A stretch of 57,716 nt of DNA, filler included, from Sphacelaria rigidula (taxonomy: Eukaryota): assembly GCA_964200075.2 (NCBI GenBank). It is 8 parts of 8 records of this genome, joined end to end, with 100 filler letters (N's around TTAATTAATTAA, not from the genome) between each part and the next. Parts side by side here need not be neighbours in the genome. Positions count along the whole stretch, not along the records: positions 21,682 to 28,808 come from CAXNAA020016354.1; positions 28,909 to 36,035 come from CAXNAA020016355.1; positions 36,136 to 43,262 come from CAXNAA020016356.1; 5 more parts are not named here. The stretch is one strand, 5' to 3'. Below are positions 25,565 through 38,959 of this stretch, in pieces (positions within the stretch are counted from its first letter, which is position 1; each line of letters starts with the position of its first letter). The position numbers and the translations under genes are program-made. Under the pieces are notes generated by a model, which worked only from the letters and a program-made list of their open reading frames with translations, searched no databases and was not told where the DNA came from.

Positions 25565-27755
25565 ATTGGAATCGTACCCTCGCCGGGGCAAAACCCTGCG
25601 GAATTCATTCTGTTGGCGGCCAAGTCTTCCATGTCTACCGCTGGGCTCCCTGCAAAGGACACTGCGCAGCCGGCTGAGACGCGGGATAACTTCGTCGGCG
25701 GTAAGTGCCGGTAGAGTCTATGAGCACGGGAGCAGCTTTGAAGCAGCTGTTTGCATCTACGAACGCGGCGTGATGTGGACAGGCTGCCGACCATTTATGG
25801 GAACACTCATTTACCGAGTGTTTCTGGGAACTGAGTGAAAGCTTCTCAAGGACATCTCGGGTAGGATATTTCCTACATTTGGGTATTTTGAAAAAACGTA
25901 CTCCAAGCACCCCAAAATTGGGGAGGGTATTGAGATCGTACTCGACGATACTCAGATATGGGATAGATGAATGCGATTGTACCTAGCTTTACCCGATATT
26001 TGGGTAGAATTTGGAGATCGGACCATCGCAGCACAAATTCTGGATAGTAAATATCCGGGTATATATACCCTACACGACACACCCTTGTAGTTTTTCTGCG
26101 TTTGCTTGACCTGGAGGAGGAACTATTAGAACTTAGCCGCGAGCAGGGGGGCTGATCGAATACACCCGCACTCGGTTTTTATACATGTGGGTCCTGGATA
26201 TTTTTGGTAGATGGTGAGGAATATATTGTGTGATGGTAGATTGGATGACGTATTGGATGATTGCGGTGAAAAAAAGACATTCTCTTGATCGGGTAATTAC
26301 TATGCCCCGAGGTGGCGCGTGTCCCCTTTTGGTGGAGCACAAGCCTTCTCTCCACTCGAATGTTCCACGGAAAATAGTCACTCTCATGTCGAGGCCGGTC
26401 TTGCTCTCTGTACGTTTTCCCAACACACAAAGCTACCCGTGTTCTGAGCACCCGCTTGCCTACACAGTTAGAGACGAGCACGTGAATGGAAGCAATCTTC
26501 AACCGCAGAACGAACAGATGAGCCGTCCACACCACCAAAAGGGGAATAGACAACATTCGCGGAGGTTTCGAACGGCAGTTGAGGCGCGGTACCGTACCGG
26601 AAGTAGTTGAATTTTTCGAGGTGTTTTTACACGTACCCCAGGTTACCCCAGGTATCGACATCAGAAAAATACCGAGGACTCCGCTATTTCGGGGTATCCG
26701 GGGTATCCGGGGTATCAGGCGTATGGGTAATGACTAGAGGGGTGACAAATTTCGCAGCCGCGCAGGGTTGACTTACGTACACTGTTTTTTGCTATTTTTT
26801 CAATCCAATATCATCGCCATTTTCCATTCCTTTACCTTAATCTTTGCCGTTACTGTTACCCTCATTGTATCACATTATACCATTCCATGTGCCGTCGCGC
26901 CCCGGTGGTGTAATGGTCCGACTGTCACCATAAGAGTGGAGAGGAAGAGGGTTCGATTCTCGATTCGTTGGGTCTTTTCTTCGTAGTACGTGATTTCCAC
27001 CGTGGAAAGCGTGAGAACGGGAGTAAGCCAAATAGTCGACTGAGTTTGTTTGACGTGCGTTGACGCGGTGCGGGGTACTGATAGTCATGATCCAATCCGC
27101 GAAACCAAAATGCAAGGCGTGTACCGAGGGAGAGATGGGCTGATCCCTTGAGACGACGGACTCATCCGGAGGAAGGGGAGGGTTTCGAAGTGCGACAAAT
27201 AAAATAAATAGAAAATAAATATATTATTATTGTTCTTGTTATTGTTATTATTATCATTATTATATATATTTTATTTATTTATTTATTCATTTATTTATTA
27301 TTTTTTTCCGCACATTAGTCCAATCTCGCGAACCCGTGGTCACAGACGTAAGCTCGCCTTTCCAATACCGTCCTTGCTATTTCTTACCAGACACATTACC
27401 AAAATAAAGAAGAAATAAGAATATAATAACGGTAAACCCCAAACTACCATGCCATGCCGGATCACTTTGCACCATAAACCGTTGCCTCAAACAAATCTCA
27501 ACTCTTTCTTACGATAACACTCTCCATGAAACCTACTTTTCATCAGCACGAAGCGAGGAACGCAAGAACGCAGCGGACGAACCGGACGAACCGGACGAAC
27601 CGGACGAAATAGAGGAAGGGAGATGGCGATGGTCTTTACTCCGCCCCTCAGAAGCGGAAACGATTGGCACGCAAGGTCGGCTCAGCTTGACAACCTTGGC
27701 ATCTGGCCTAAGGATCGGCAGCAACGCGTCTTATGCGGTGGGATTCTGGAGCCAG
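25565..27755 (+). CDS. ABCG-family (White/PDR-like) transporter, two internal exons of the NBD-TMD linker
   Basis: Exon ~25565-25700 (GTAAGT donor, phase 1) reads IGIVPSPGQNPAEFILLAAK.... It joins exon 27547-27755, which ends YAVGFWSQ. NPA(D/E)F.L and Y...FW.Q are the ABCG linker signatures. Neither exon is in the ORF track. Confidence 0.6.
26889..27200 (+). mobile_element. tRNA-derived SINE family 2, copy
   Basis: Head has an A box (TGGTGTAATGG) and a B box (GGTTCGATTC). Body matches 39301-39608 (reverse) and 47830-48420. An A-rich tail follows. Confidence 0.7.
27225..27352 (-). repeat. Probable 3' end of a retroposon with a (TAA)n-like tail
   Basis: GCACATTAG.CC.A..T.....ACCCGTG.TCACAGACGTA is preceded by a TTA-rich tract both here and at 22370-22443. 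Confidence 0.5.
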
Positions 27756-28808
27756 GTGCGCTGCAGGGTGGGCGGTACAGTGCTGCACAACCGATCAAGC
27801 ACTGACGAATAGCCGCACACAGATGACCTAATTATTGTGCTTATTTCATTAGATGTGAGATGGTGGAATGTGTGGAGAGTAAGTGTTCCTGACGCTCCTG
27901 AACTTCGGGACGTCCTGTCCCCTTGGCAACATCCACGAGGATCATCTCCCGCGAGAAACAGCTTGCGAGCTGCGCGGTCCCCAACGCATTCGTTCCCTTT
28001 CTCGTGAGTATTAGGCTTCGGAGCTACACGGCAGATACAGGACTCGCGGTAGACAATCCTGGATGAGATCATGTGTGCAATGTTATCAAAACTGCTTGTG
28101 TTATCGTTTTTGTGTGCAGAACGTGCTGCACGTACGGACGGACAGTAGCAGCACGATATTCTCGATGTGCTCTACAGTATATTCGATATGCATCGGGAGG
28201 AGCATCCCGTTCAGCGCACTCTGGAAATCAGTCTAATCGAGTCGTGGATGATGACCCCTTCGTGTCGTGGTCCGTAAACACTCTTTATTACACTGTTTTT
28301 GCCGTCATTCAAGCCGCACCAAGTCGAATACACCGTAGGTTGTTGTCGTGGTGACAATCCACATGCAGTACAGTATACAAGAAACGCAAAATGACGGATT
28401 CATCGATCAATCTTGACAGCACCCTGCATTTTTCAAATCGAAGTTTCTACCTTGTTCACCAATGGTCACGCAAATATTCAAAATAATACAGCAGCTGTCC
28501 CCCCCCCTCTCCTTCCCCTACTTTTTTTATTGTCAAGGCAATATCCATAAACATCACCACTCTTGCTCATGACATGCTCACATTTTCATCCTTCAGGCTC
28601 GTACATTTTTTGCACCAAAGTGGCATGTTGGCTGATCTTGCAGCATTCCGAATTCATTTCTCGTAACTTGTTAGAAATTTCGTGTTCGAGCTGCTCATTT
28701 CTCCGCCGATAGCATGCACCTTATGTTATCGAGCAAGTGAAACACGTACGTCCAGGATTACGCCCCCCCTCCCCCTTTCCTGGTCAGACACCCATGAGGC
28801 AGTGTAAA

Positions 28809-28908
28809 NNNNNNNNNNNNNNNNNNNNNNNNNNNNNNNNNNNNNNNNNNNNTTAATTAATTAANNNNNNNNNNNNNNNNNNNNNNNNNNNNNNNNNNNN
28901 NNNNNNNN
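28809..28908. other. Artificial contig linker
   Basis: N44-TTAATTAATTAA-N44. Confidence 0.98.
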
Positions 28909-30085
28909 TCATTCACTGATTGACCGCTTTTCACTCTAAATCGGATCATCTATTCTCAATCTCACGAAAACACTGTTATGTATGTGCGGCTTGGCGCACA
29001 CGGCAATTATGAGGCGCAGACATCTGTTCGTCGCGAAAAAAAATCCGACATTATTAACATATCCTGATGGCCAAGGGCGACAAAGCATTATTTGGGATCC
29101 CTTGACTTGCCGAAGACTGTTTCAGGATCATTATCAGCGGGGCTGCTTTTTCAAGACTTTACTGACTTTTTCGACGAAAACAAGCCTTCCTTTCCCAATA
29201 ATGTGACATCAGATTTCGCAACCAAGTCAACAGATATTTCAAGACGGACCACATACTAATCGAAAAATCTAGCGTTGGGTTGTTTTCAGCAGATTTCTTT
29301 TTGTGGAGTCCGCAGCATTTCCGAAAAAGTGAAGGAAAAAAATAGGCTGGAAAACAGTCCCATTCATTTCGACTCTTTGGCTGTTTCTTACACGATATTA
29401 TATCTTATTTGGGGTGTATTTTTCACTTGGGACACCTGACATGGTGGTTTTTCGCCTCCCCAAACAGGGAATACCACCATCACACGTCTTGGAAACTTTG
29501 CATCATTCCGGGAGGAGTCTACAGTAGTAGCTCATTTATCTGATTCACTCGCCTCCGAGCTTTCGTGCACAGCCTCTGAACAAGAAAATACAGTAGAATA
29601 ATAGAAATATACGGAGTCTGCAAGTGTTTCAAGTATTTTCGTTCAGTGGCCACTCTTCTGGAAACCCCGGAGCAAAGCAAATTGGAGAAGTGGGCTAGAT
29701 TCCTCTCGGTGGGGGGATGTAAGTTGTCCACGACGTGTGATGTCCATATTCTCCACCTATTTGGGGGCGATATTTCCTATTTGGGGCCACAAAGCCATGT
29801 CAAATCATGTCCAAAAAATCGAAAACGCGCTCCCAACCGATGCCAATCTTTGAGAAGCGGTCTTGAGCGAGAAAATGTTTTAGGCGACTTTTCTCGCCGT
29901 AGTATTGTGCGAGAAATACGAGGAGAGTGTTTTTTATAATCAAAGTAGCGCTACTGATTGACAAGGGAACATTACTAACTGAATAAACAGGGCGAAATAA
30001 GCTGGAATAACAGACGGAGCAGCGCAGATGGCAGAGGGCAGACGCAAGATTCAGCTACTCAGACGTACAACAGTGTTGCTCAATT

Positions 30086-30502
30086 TAATGGATTCACGAT
30101 AATGGTGTTGGAAAAAAATGAGGTTGAATTCTAAAGCCGTGCTTTCCCTGACCTAAATTCATGACCGATGACTTTCATACGGACGACCTCATCCCTCCCG
30201 GCCCCCCTGAAACTATCTCGGGGGGTTTCTGACCTTCTGTTCCCCCAGAGGATGTGTGGGAAAGCACACTTTTGCCTCGATTTCGGGGTGAAAAAAGGAC
30301 GTTTTTTGGCTCAAAAATCGTGCTTTCGCGCATATCCTTTGGGGGAACGGAAGGCTAAAACCCCCCCGGAATACTTTTAAGGAGGTCGGGAGGGATGAGG
30401 TCGCCCGTATGAAAGTTATTTGTCATGAATTCAGGTAAGGGAAATCACGGCTTTTGAGTTGAACCTCATTTTGGTTTCAACCCCATTTTCGAGAATCTAC
30501 TG
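30086..30502. mobile_element. MITE family E with ~115-bp TIRs (consensus start CAGTGGATTCTCGAAAA)
   Basis: 30086-30200 is the imperfect reverse complement of 30388-30502. A second copy starts at 35950 and is cut by the contig end. No clear TSD. Confidence 0.75.
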
Positions 30503-31320
30503 TTATGTGATGGACTGATAAATCGTGATGAAAGGCTGGTACAAGCCTAGTACGTTGCTAAACAGTTGTTTTTTTCCAGTAACTTTCCAATGACAATTGT
30601 GGTTACATCCTCACAATGTCGCCTCGGGCGGACCCTACGCGGGGAGCGGCCTCCGGCGCCCCTCCGGGGGCCCCTGACTGGGGGCCTTTTTTGCCTCACA
30701 TACCTGCCGGATTGATCATGCAGCCTGCTTCCTATCTGAAGCCCTAGTTCTGGCGTATTCTTGTTCACCACAATCTATCACACGAATATGGCGCACGACC
30801 GCCCCGAGAAATTGCCACGTTTGTATGCATGTGCTGTGTTTTTCTGCAACATTTCACGAACACTATCCCCCGTGTATACCCGCATTGCATCCTCTGATTG
30901 TGGGTGCGCATGGCTATGCGGGGTTCACAAGAAACGATGTGTATACAGTATACAAATCACCATTGCCGTACCCCCAAGTCTACTTCAACGCAACGCCACC
31001 CTTGGACCGTAGGCTGCTCGTAAACCAGTGCTACGTAAGGGGAGTCTATTTGATTCTTTACATGAACGAAGTTGCACGGTAATGTGCAGTGCAACGAGCA
31101 GGAAGACACGTGATCAGTGATCTCCTCATCTCTACGTTACACCCGATTCTACCAAACAAATAGACCATATGGTACTACAGTACTGCACTGTACACATCAT
31201 TCGTCTCAGCGGTAGGTACCACGTAGAGTATGTAGGACGAAGAAAGACATTTAGGGCGGGGCGTATGATCTCTTCTCGCCTTTGCCGTGTTCCACCATAC
31301 CCTTGCATTTCCCCTCGTAG

Positions 31321-34300
31321 ACCCCCGTGACGGAAACAGCACCACGGTCGGTGGCCAGGGCAATATTGACGCCATACACGACGCGGGAAGGGCGGTTGGC
31401 TGTTACATTAGCGTTGGGAGCTCAGAGGACTGGCGAACGGATGCAAAAGATTTCCCCTCGGAGTCCCTCGGCAACACTATGGCCGGCTGGGAGGGTGAGA
31501 CTTGGATCGACATTAACCACTGGGTGAGCGGTTGCGGGGGTTCATCAAGGAGCTATCATGAGCGGCTAAAAAAACACCCGCACTCCCTAAAGTGTAGAGA
31601 GATCGGTTCTGGGGCGCGGGAGAAGGTGGGCTACATGTACCTAGTGCTGGGATAGAGAGATCGAAAACGACTTGATTTTAGTGTATTCCGGAACTACAGT
31701 TAATTTTATGTAGTCGCTGGAGCAAGGCAAATGACGCCTGCGAGGCACACAGGAAACGTCAAATACAGCTTTGAACTCCAACCTCAATCGACGGGAGCAC
31801 AACAGCTTCAGAAATGTTTACACTACTCAGCAAGCCAGTTCAATCTGTGGCTTCAATCTCTTTGCACTGAACATGGTGTGCACTCGAGTGATTGTGGGGG
31901 AGTGAGCTTCTTCGCCGCAATACAGGACATAGTTGCACGAATATATGCCACTTTTGAAGAAATTGGGGCGGTCGTAAAGGGAGGAAATGGGCCCATTTCT
32001 GCTTGCGAAACCTTCATGGTTCGAGACTATGGTGGATGGAAATTTAAGCTCTGTATGGTCCGACACAAGCAGAATAGCCCCCAGCTGTAGTACTGACGGC
32101 AAACCCAAGCTCCACGTAATCTCCGCGGGAGTTCCCTACCCCAGCGTGTAGATTCTCTAGCTTGCGGCTTAATTGGGTTCTTGTCGATAATGGGATCGCA
32201 TCTTTAGCGCGGTTGTAATACGCGTTGTACGGAACATTGATTGATTGCTTTATTGATTCATTGGTCGACTGTCGTACACTAACGTTGACACTAACTGGGC
32301 GGCTTCGAATCCAGCCGTGTTCACAAAATGAACGTGCGTACCAATGTTGAACAACCCTTACCCATGGTAAAAAGCCGGAAACACTCGCCAACGGAAGCTG
32401 GAGAAGGTGTAAGGATTTAAGAGGACACAAGACACAAGACACAAGTCAGGAAAAGGAAAAAAACTTGACAGAAAATGGGGAGAGAGTAACACCGGTGTGT
32501 AAAATCGCTCGCCGAGGCTGTATGTTGGTTGTTCTCATTCTTTTCCCTGCGATAGCTTGCGTGCACCGCACAGCAAACATGGCATTCATTTCGCGACACC
32601 ATCGTACAACTTCTCACCAGACAGGATCATCCTCATACTCCATCGTATGGACCCGGCATTTATCACATGGCTACCCTACTACTTTGGAAGTATAGGATTT
32701 GTCGACTCCCGCGCTTGAAGATGTTGGTTAATGCGTATGATCTCAAATCGTTTTCCAGCGATGGCCGCATCATGTCAACAGAACATCTCCTTTGGAATGC
32801 ACGAGGAATCAACATGCTCGAAATGGGAAAGCGTTCGGGAATGCGGGCGACTAAAGCATGAATATGTGTGTGTGTGTTGTCATCCCATTTATTCTGAACG
32901 CCAGTCTACACCTTTCGGTATATGGGGGCGCATCAGCCGGGGTCACACAGGAGGAAGGCCAACACAGGAGTTTTCCCTTTTTTTTTTTTTTTTATATTAA
33001 AACTTTCTTTTCCGGTGCTTTTTTTTTTTTTTTTTTGCCAAGGGGGTTNNNNNNNNNNCTTCCCCCGTGCTCTCTCTGGGTGTTGGTTGTCTTTGGTTTT
33101 TTCCCTTTTTTTTTTTTTTTTCATACTACAACTTCCTTCTGCGGTGCTTGTCTTATTTTCTTGTCGCGAGAGGGGTTCAGTGGTCCCTTTCCCTCGTCGA
33201 CCGTGAAGTCGATCTTTTGTGTACCCACGACGTGGTCGCTCACCACTGTTGGGCACGGTGTGAGAAAAAAAATCCCAGATTGTGCGACTGCATCGAGATT
33301 CGAATCCACAACCCAACCGTCTCAGGGTTTCATGTTTACCAACTGAGTCACCGGGGCGACCAGCGTGAATGAATAGCAGACGCAATATCTTGTTCACCTC
33401 CGCGTTCGTGGCTTGTTTTTTAATTTTGCTTGGCAGTCAAGTATTTGATATCTGTAGGATGCCTTCATGGACAACGAATGACCTCGTCTTGGCTCGTCTT
33501 GTCCCCTACACGCAGGCAGTGAAAGACATAATGACCAGGAGGGTTGAGCGAGCGGCAAGCATGGGATGCGACGCCATCGAGGCCGACAATGTCATCGTGA
33601 GTTCCATCGCGGGGTTAAGTCATGCACGTATCACAAGATCACGGGCAGATGTAAGGACCGTATCATGGTAGCCTTTCACTTCCTATGGCCTGTGCTCTGC
33701 GGGTTCATCCACGTCGTGATAGAATGCATACCTTGGGCAGCGAGCACAGCCAGCCAAAGAGCAAACCAATCTGTAATGAACGCTGCCACAGTTGAAATTT
33801 TGCTTTCGACCACCGAAGACATCGAGCAAAATATTCCATGATACATACGATATGGACATGTGCACATTGAAATTGGTTTTTTTACAGCCGCGCCTTGTCA
33901 GAGGTTATCGGCACCACCCATCACTCACTTGTCGACCATTCGTGTCCCCATGTCGTTCCGTGGAGACGTACGAGGAAGAAAACACAGGCGTCTCCATAAC
34001 CGAGGCCCAACAGCTCGACTACAATCGATGGTTTGCGCAGACAGTGCACGATCACGGTATGCTCGTCGGTCTCAAGAACGGTGTGGATCTACTGCCGAAC
34101 CTCGTGGACGACTTCGACTTTGCGATCGTCGAGGAGTGCTGGAAGTACCAGGAGTGTCAGGTGCGTTTTTCATACGTAGGATATACCAGGCATTTGGCTC
34201 GCGCCGTGTGCTGGCTCTCAGTGGACAGGGTGTCGCAGTTAATGTCTCTGCCCGAAATATATTATTATTTTTCGATTCCGCGGTGCATGAGCGATAAGCC

Positions 34301-34831
34301 CCTTCTTGCAAACCCGGCTGTGACCGTAGATAGCCAGGGTCCGCGCCGGATCCACGTTGTTGGCCTATTGAGTCGCTCGAGTATTACAGTGCACGCGTTT
34401 GCCCCAAAAAACGCCTGTTAATCCTGTACTTTTAGGGCCGAACTTCACGCCACATAAGTCGGACGTCGTTCAGGTCAGCACATCGTTGTCAGGTTTCACC
34501 TTGAGTCGAGAAAAAGCTTAACGCAGATAGTGACATGTTTGTGTATCGTATGGAAACGTGAAGCCGCGGCTACCACAAATCCAAGATTCGTCCTCGCAAC
34601 TCGCTTATTCGTTCGGATACTTGTCGATCACCCACCGCCCGACAGCCCTGGTTCGACACATTCATCCTCGCCGGCAAGCCCGTGTTCAACGTGGAGTACA
34701 CCGGCATGGGCCACTGTTCTTTAGCTAATGACTTGGCCTTCGACTCCATAGTCAAACATCTCAATCTCGATGCCGCCGTCTGCAGCTGCGCTGACTCCGC
34801 CAGGAACTACGAGTGCGACACAATTTTTTAG
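31321..34831 (+). CDS. Glycoside hydrolase family 114 (endo-alpha-1,4-polygalactosaminidase-like), 5' exon(s) not found
   Basis: Exons 31321-31523, 33516-33596, 33966-34160 and 34646-34831 join in frame. They carry the GH114 motifs in order: CYISVGSSEDWRTDA, GWEGETWIDI, IMTRRVERAASMGCDAIEADNV, QLDYNRWFA..H..G..VGLKN, FDFAIVEECWKYQEC, FILAGKPVFNVEY. Stop at 34829-34831. Confidence 0.9.
32865..33361 (-). mobile_element. tRNA-derived SINE family 1, copy in a GH114 intron
   Basis: A and B boxes on the minus strand, (CA)n tail, and near-perfect flanking direct repeats AGCATGAAT (32855-32863) and AGCGTGAAT (33362-33370). Contains a 10-N gap. Confidence 0.85.
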
Positions 34832-36035
34832 TCTAATCCAGAGGGCCCCATCCAGTCTGGGGAGTCGAGATCATTGTAGCCCACAGCTGCATTCTCGATG
34901 TCCATATTTTTAGCTCACAATTTTGGAGAGATCATTGATGAATCCTCCTCTGTGATAGGTATGCAGAATTTTTGTGTCTAATCTCTTCGTTTGCGGATGA
35001 GGCTTTATGAAGGGAAATTTACTAACGTTGGTAAAAAGACTTTTCGAAGAGGGTGAGCCGAGTCGTTTTGAGGAGGTGATTCTCGTGGTTCGTTGAGTCG
35101 ATCAAGGATTTGGGTCTTTACTTGCAATTTTGGGATGCGCGACAGAGATGCCGTTTAGCGCAGTGTCTGGGTTTTGAAGACGGTAGCTCGCTGGAGAGCA
35201 GAGGTCACTGGTTCTGTCCCATAACGAGGTTGAACAGGAAGAGTCCTCGTAGCATTCCCGTTCTTCGCCCTGAGGCGGTGCAATGTCTTTGGTTGCGTTA
35301 TTCAATATTTGATGCCCTTGCTCAAGCGAGTTTTGGGTGTCACTGGTGAGTTCACCTAAGCATAGTGATGTTCACACGAGTGGTGGGCGATAACATTTAC
35401 ACTAGGATGAAGATTGACTCCTACGGGGCATCTTCTGAGGAAGATAGAGACAACACTTTCGAACTCTCGAGTTTGAGCTATCGGACAATCCTCGTCGAGT
35501 TCGAGCGAGTTCCGTGAGAGGTGGAGTCGGGTGACATGGTTACGCATTTTCGCCGAGCCACCGCATTTTTCTCCTGCCATTTTGCGTACGACAGGGGGTC
35601 CTGAAAAGTTTGAACGAGATTTTTCTATGGGAACGAACTGAGGTCGAAATTATGTATGGCATTCAAAGAGGTACTCGTCAAACATACCTTCGAGCACTTT
35701 AAACGTACGTTTCATCCAGTTTCAATATTATATTCAATTTCGATCTCAGCTCGTTCCCATGGAACAATCTCACTTCCATTTCTCAGGAAACCGTGTTTTG
35801 CGTCAAAGCTCCAGCCGAAGTATGTATGTATGTGCTACGTGATGGCGTGCAGTGTATGCTCTGATGCGTTTGCACACGTTCTACTGTCACTCTACACTTG
35901 CGCAGCCAGCCTTGGAAACTCCAAGATGCGTGATGTGAGCGCCCTGAAACAGTGGATTCTCGAAAAGGGGGTTGGAAAAAAATGAGGTTCAACTCAAAAG
36001 CCGTGCTTTCCCTGACCTAAATTCATGACAGATGA

Positions 36036-36135
36036 NNNNNNNNNNNNNNNNNNNNNNNNNNNNNNNNNNNNNNNNNNNNTTAATTAATTAANNNNNNNNN
36101 NNNNNNNNNNNNNNNNNNNNNNNNNNNNNNNNNNN
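36036..36135. other. Artificial contig linker
   Basis: N44-TTAATTAATTAA-N44. Confidence 0.98.
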
Positions 36136-36481
36136 ATCATTTCCTTGGGTGCAGGAGGTCTTCGTGAAATTTCAGGTCAAGAGTCGTCGAATTGGGCCGT
36201 GCGTACAACATTTTGCGTGACGCTGCTGCACCCCTATAATTCAAGGGATGGGGGACTCTAATTATGGAGGTCATGAGTTCAAATCCCGACAGATTCTCTT
36301 CTTCTTTCGTCCGTCGTTGAGGTCATATATCATGCGGTACATTTTTTCATTTATTTTCCTCATTCAGCGGCGGTGCCGTGTGTTACCAGGTTGGTCTGCA
36401 CTTCACAGTGATATGCTCACATCGGGTTCATTCGGGAAACTAGGGAAGCTGTGGTGTGGGCAACTTTTAGCAGCTTTTCAG

Positions 36482-38463
36482 CTGGCCCAGCTCGTAGCGT
36501 GCGAAGAGCGCGAAGGAATAGATGCTCTGTTTGGCGAGCACCGGGACCAGCTACAGTGTCTCGAGCTTGATTCGAGACATGTGCGCACAAGAAGTGCGGT
36601 ACGGACCGGTGTGTCCTCCACACCCATGTACATGATGATGTGTCTGTATTCGTGGAATTTTGACGAAGAAAAGACACTCATCGACTACATGTATGACACT
36701 TTCTACGATACCCCCCCCCCCCCAAAAAAGTGCATGGTTTTGGAAGGCAAAATCTTCACATGAATCGGAATGGGAAACGCCGAGAACAACAAGCAGCTGG
36801 GAATTCCCATGCTCGGATTCGTTTTAGCAAATACTGCCAATATGAGGAGCTTCATACAGCCTGAACCCAAGCATCAGGCGCTGTATGGCCATTTGTTTTG
36901 TGACACTTTTGAGCTGGTTTGGGGGGGAGGGCTGTCGTAGAAAGTGTCGCATGTGTACATTGCCCACCAAATTCCAACCCTTCCTCCATTATCCGAAAAG
37001 TACTGGCTTAAAGACGAGGACGAATGCACAGCGTGCAGCACGATGGATGATTTTCGCGTCGACGCGTCGTTTTTCGAGCAACGGCATAATGGATAGAATG
37101 TGTGATTTCGGTTCTGTCGTACAGTAGGAACGGAATGAGAGCGTGAGGGCAGGAATGACAGAACACTCGGCATACATGTGAAAGTCGTACATTAGCTTGA
37201 AGTGATGCGGCAACGACACATATCTAACAATGGTTTCGTGGCATTGAGAGTCTAGCGTTGACTAAGAGTGAGGAGTATTATTCGCTCTATTTTAGCTTCA
37301 CTAATTCTTCGTTTTGTGTGTGCTTTTCTTTACCTGTAATACTGTCGTCTGCTTGCAGCTACTCGTCGATATCCTACTCAGGGATGACTGTTGCCGAGAT
37401 ACCCCCCCCCGAACTGGTCAAAAAAGTGCACGGAGGCGATAATCATAAATGCCGTTAGAGCTGGTTTCGTGCTGCACGACGCGACTCAGTCGGGCATTAT
37501 AGCTGATTTCGGACTGCTACACGCATCTCATGTGGGCGAAATTGCTGCAAACGAGCCAAATAGTGGGATCGCAGCCGGTTTGTCGGGCGGTTTCCGGTGC
37601 ACTTTTTGTGGGGAGGTTATCTCGGCATTTGTCGGATATCAAAGGTTTCAGTGGCAAGCTACTACAGAAAAAGTGTCGAACCTCGTATAAGGCCCGGAGG
37701 GATATTTCGGGACTCCATATTATTCATTAATTAACCGCTTCTCATTCTCAATCGTGTCCTAGCCTCTCACTCTCACGAAAACATTGTTGTTCCACTTGAA
37801 AGATATTCAGGCTGCACAATATCTGTTTTGGTCAAGACATCTATCCTGTAACGAAGGTCGAATGTGCCGTAGGCGGTGGAGTAAACACTTCCGCAAGGCA
37901 CGTCCGTCAATACTGGTTTCTTGAGACAGTACAAGCTCCTCAGCTCCTATGCTTCCGAGACATGATCCCGGGTTTCGAAATACCGCATAGGGGGGGGAGG
38001 GGGGTCCAGAGGTTGATACAATAATTGCCGACGTGGCCGCGAGTGGTTCAACTTCGAGAAAACAAAATGGACAAAACGATATTCCGGGGGTGTTATGCTC
38101 CGGCACCCAACATCGTCATGGAACGACACATGCCAGCTTCGTGACATTTTTATGAAGGACCCATGAGTCTCGACAAGATATGTACCTATATGTATATATA
38201 TATATAGGCGATGCTGACGTGTTTTCTATCTGCGATTACCGCCCCGCCCTCCGCCTAAAATTATCTGACGAATGGAGATCAGGGTTTTGGAGCGTACCTG
38301 TACATCATCGGAAGCTGCACTGGACAAGGCGGGTGGTCAAGTCGCCTTGTCAGCAGCATCAGAAGAACGACCGCCTGTGGCGTGTCTAGCGAAGCAGCTA
38401 TTTGGAGATCGCAGCAATTGGGCAGAAGCTTTAACCCACAAGATCTGCAAGAGCGGGGCATAA
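36482..38463 (+). CDS. Possible 3' exons of an unknown gene
   Basis: Candidate exons 36482-36580 (LAQLVACEEREGIDALFGEHRDQLQCLELDSRH), 37001-~37083 (YWLKDEDECTACSTMDDFRVDASFFEQR; needs a weak GC donor) and 38283-38463 (VLERTC...KICKSGA*). No family recognised. Confidence 0.3.
36695..36948 (-). mobile_element. MITE family D, copy
   Basis: TIRs GACACTTTCTACGA ... TCGTAGAAAGTGTC. Flanks ACATGTAT and GCATGTGT may be a decayed 8-bp TSD. Confidence 0.75.
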
Positions 38464-38959
38464 AACAAACCATCGCGTTTGAATATCCCAGGTTTAATCC
38501 GATGCGATTCATCTATCTCTACGATCCTGCACGATTCGTTCCTGATCTGCAGACCCCGCATCATGCCACCCTTGACCTTTTCAAGTCGAAGATTGGATTC
38601 GGATTATGTCGAAGAATCCAGTTCAACCACGTTGATGGGCGATGAAACAACCCGAAATCCATTTCACACGCGCATGTTTTTTAATATAGGTAATCAAACC
38701 AATCCTACCTGCGTTAACAGGAGAGCGACTGCCGCCTTGAGAGCCACCTAATCAAAAGCCGCCACCGTTCGCACAGTAATAACGTCGCAAGCCGCGAGGG
38801 ATCCACGGTAAAATTGGTCAAGAGAGGGACCCACTTTGCCCTTGACTAGGGATGTGGGGGGAAGGGGGGATGGCACGGACCGGTACCGCTAGCTTGTCCC
38901 GTTGGTTGTTGAATTTCTTCCCTTCGCATACATCTTTGGGGATCCCTGCATTATCGTAG

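Noticed and set aside
32985..33125. Internal duplication within SINE1
   Set aside because: Flanks a 10-N gap and long homopolymers; likely unmerged low-quality read ends.
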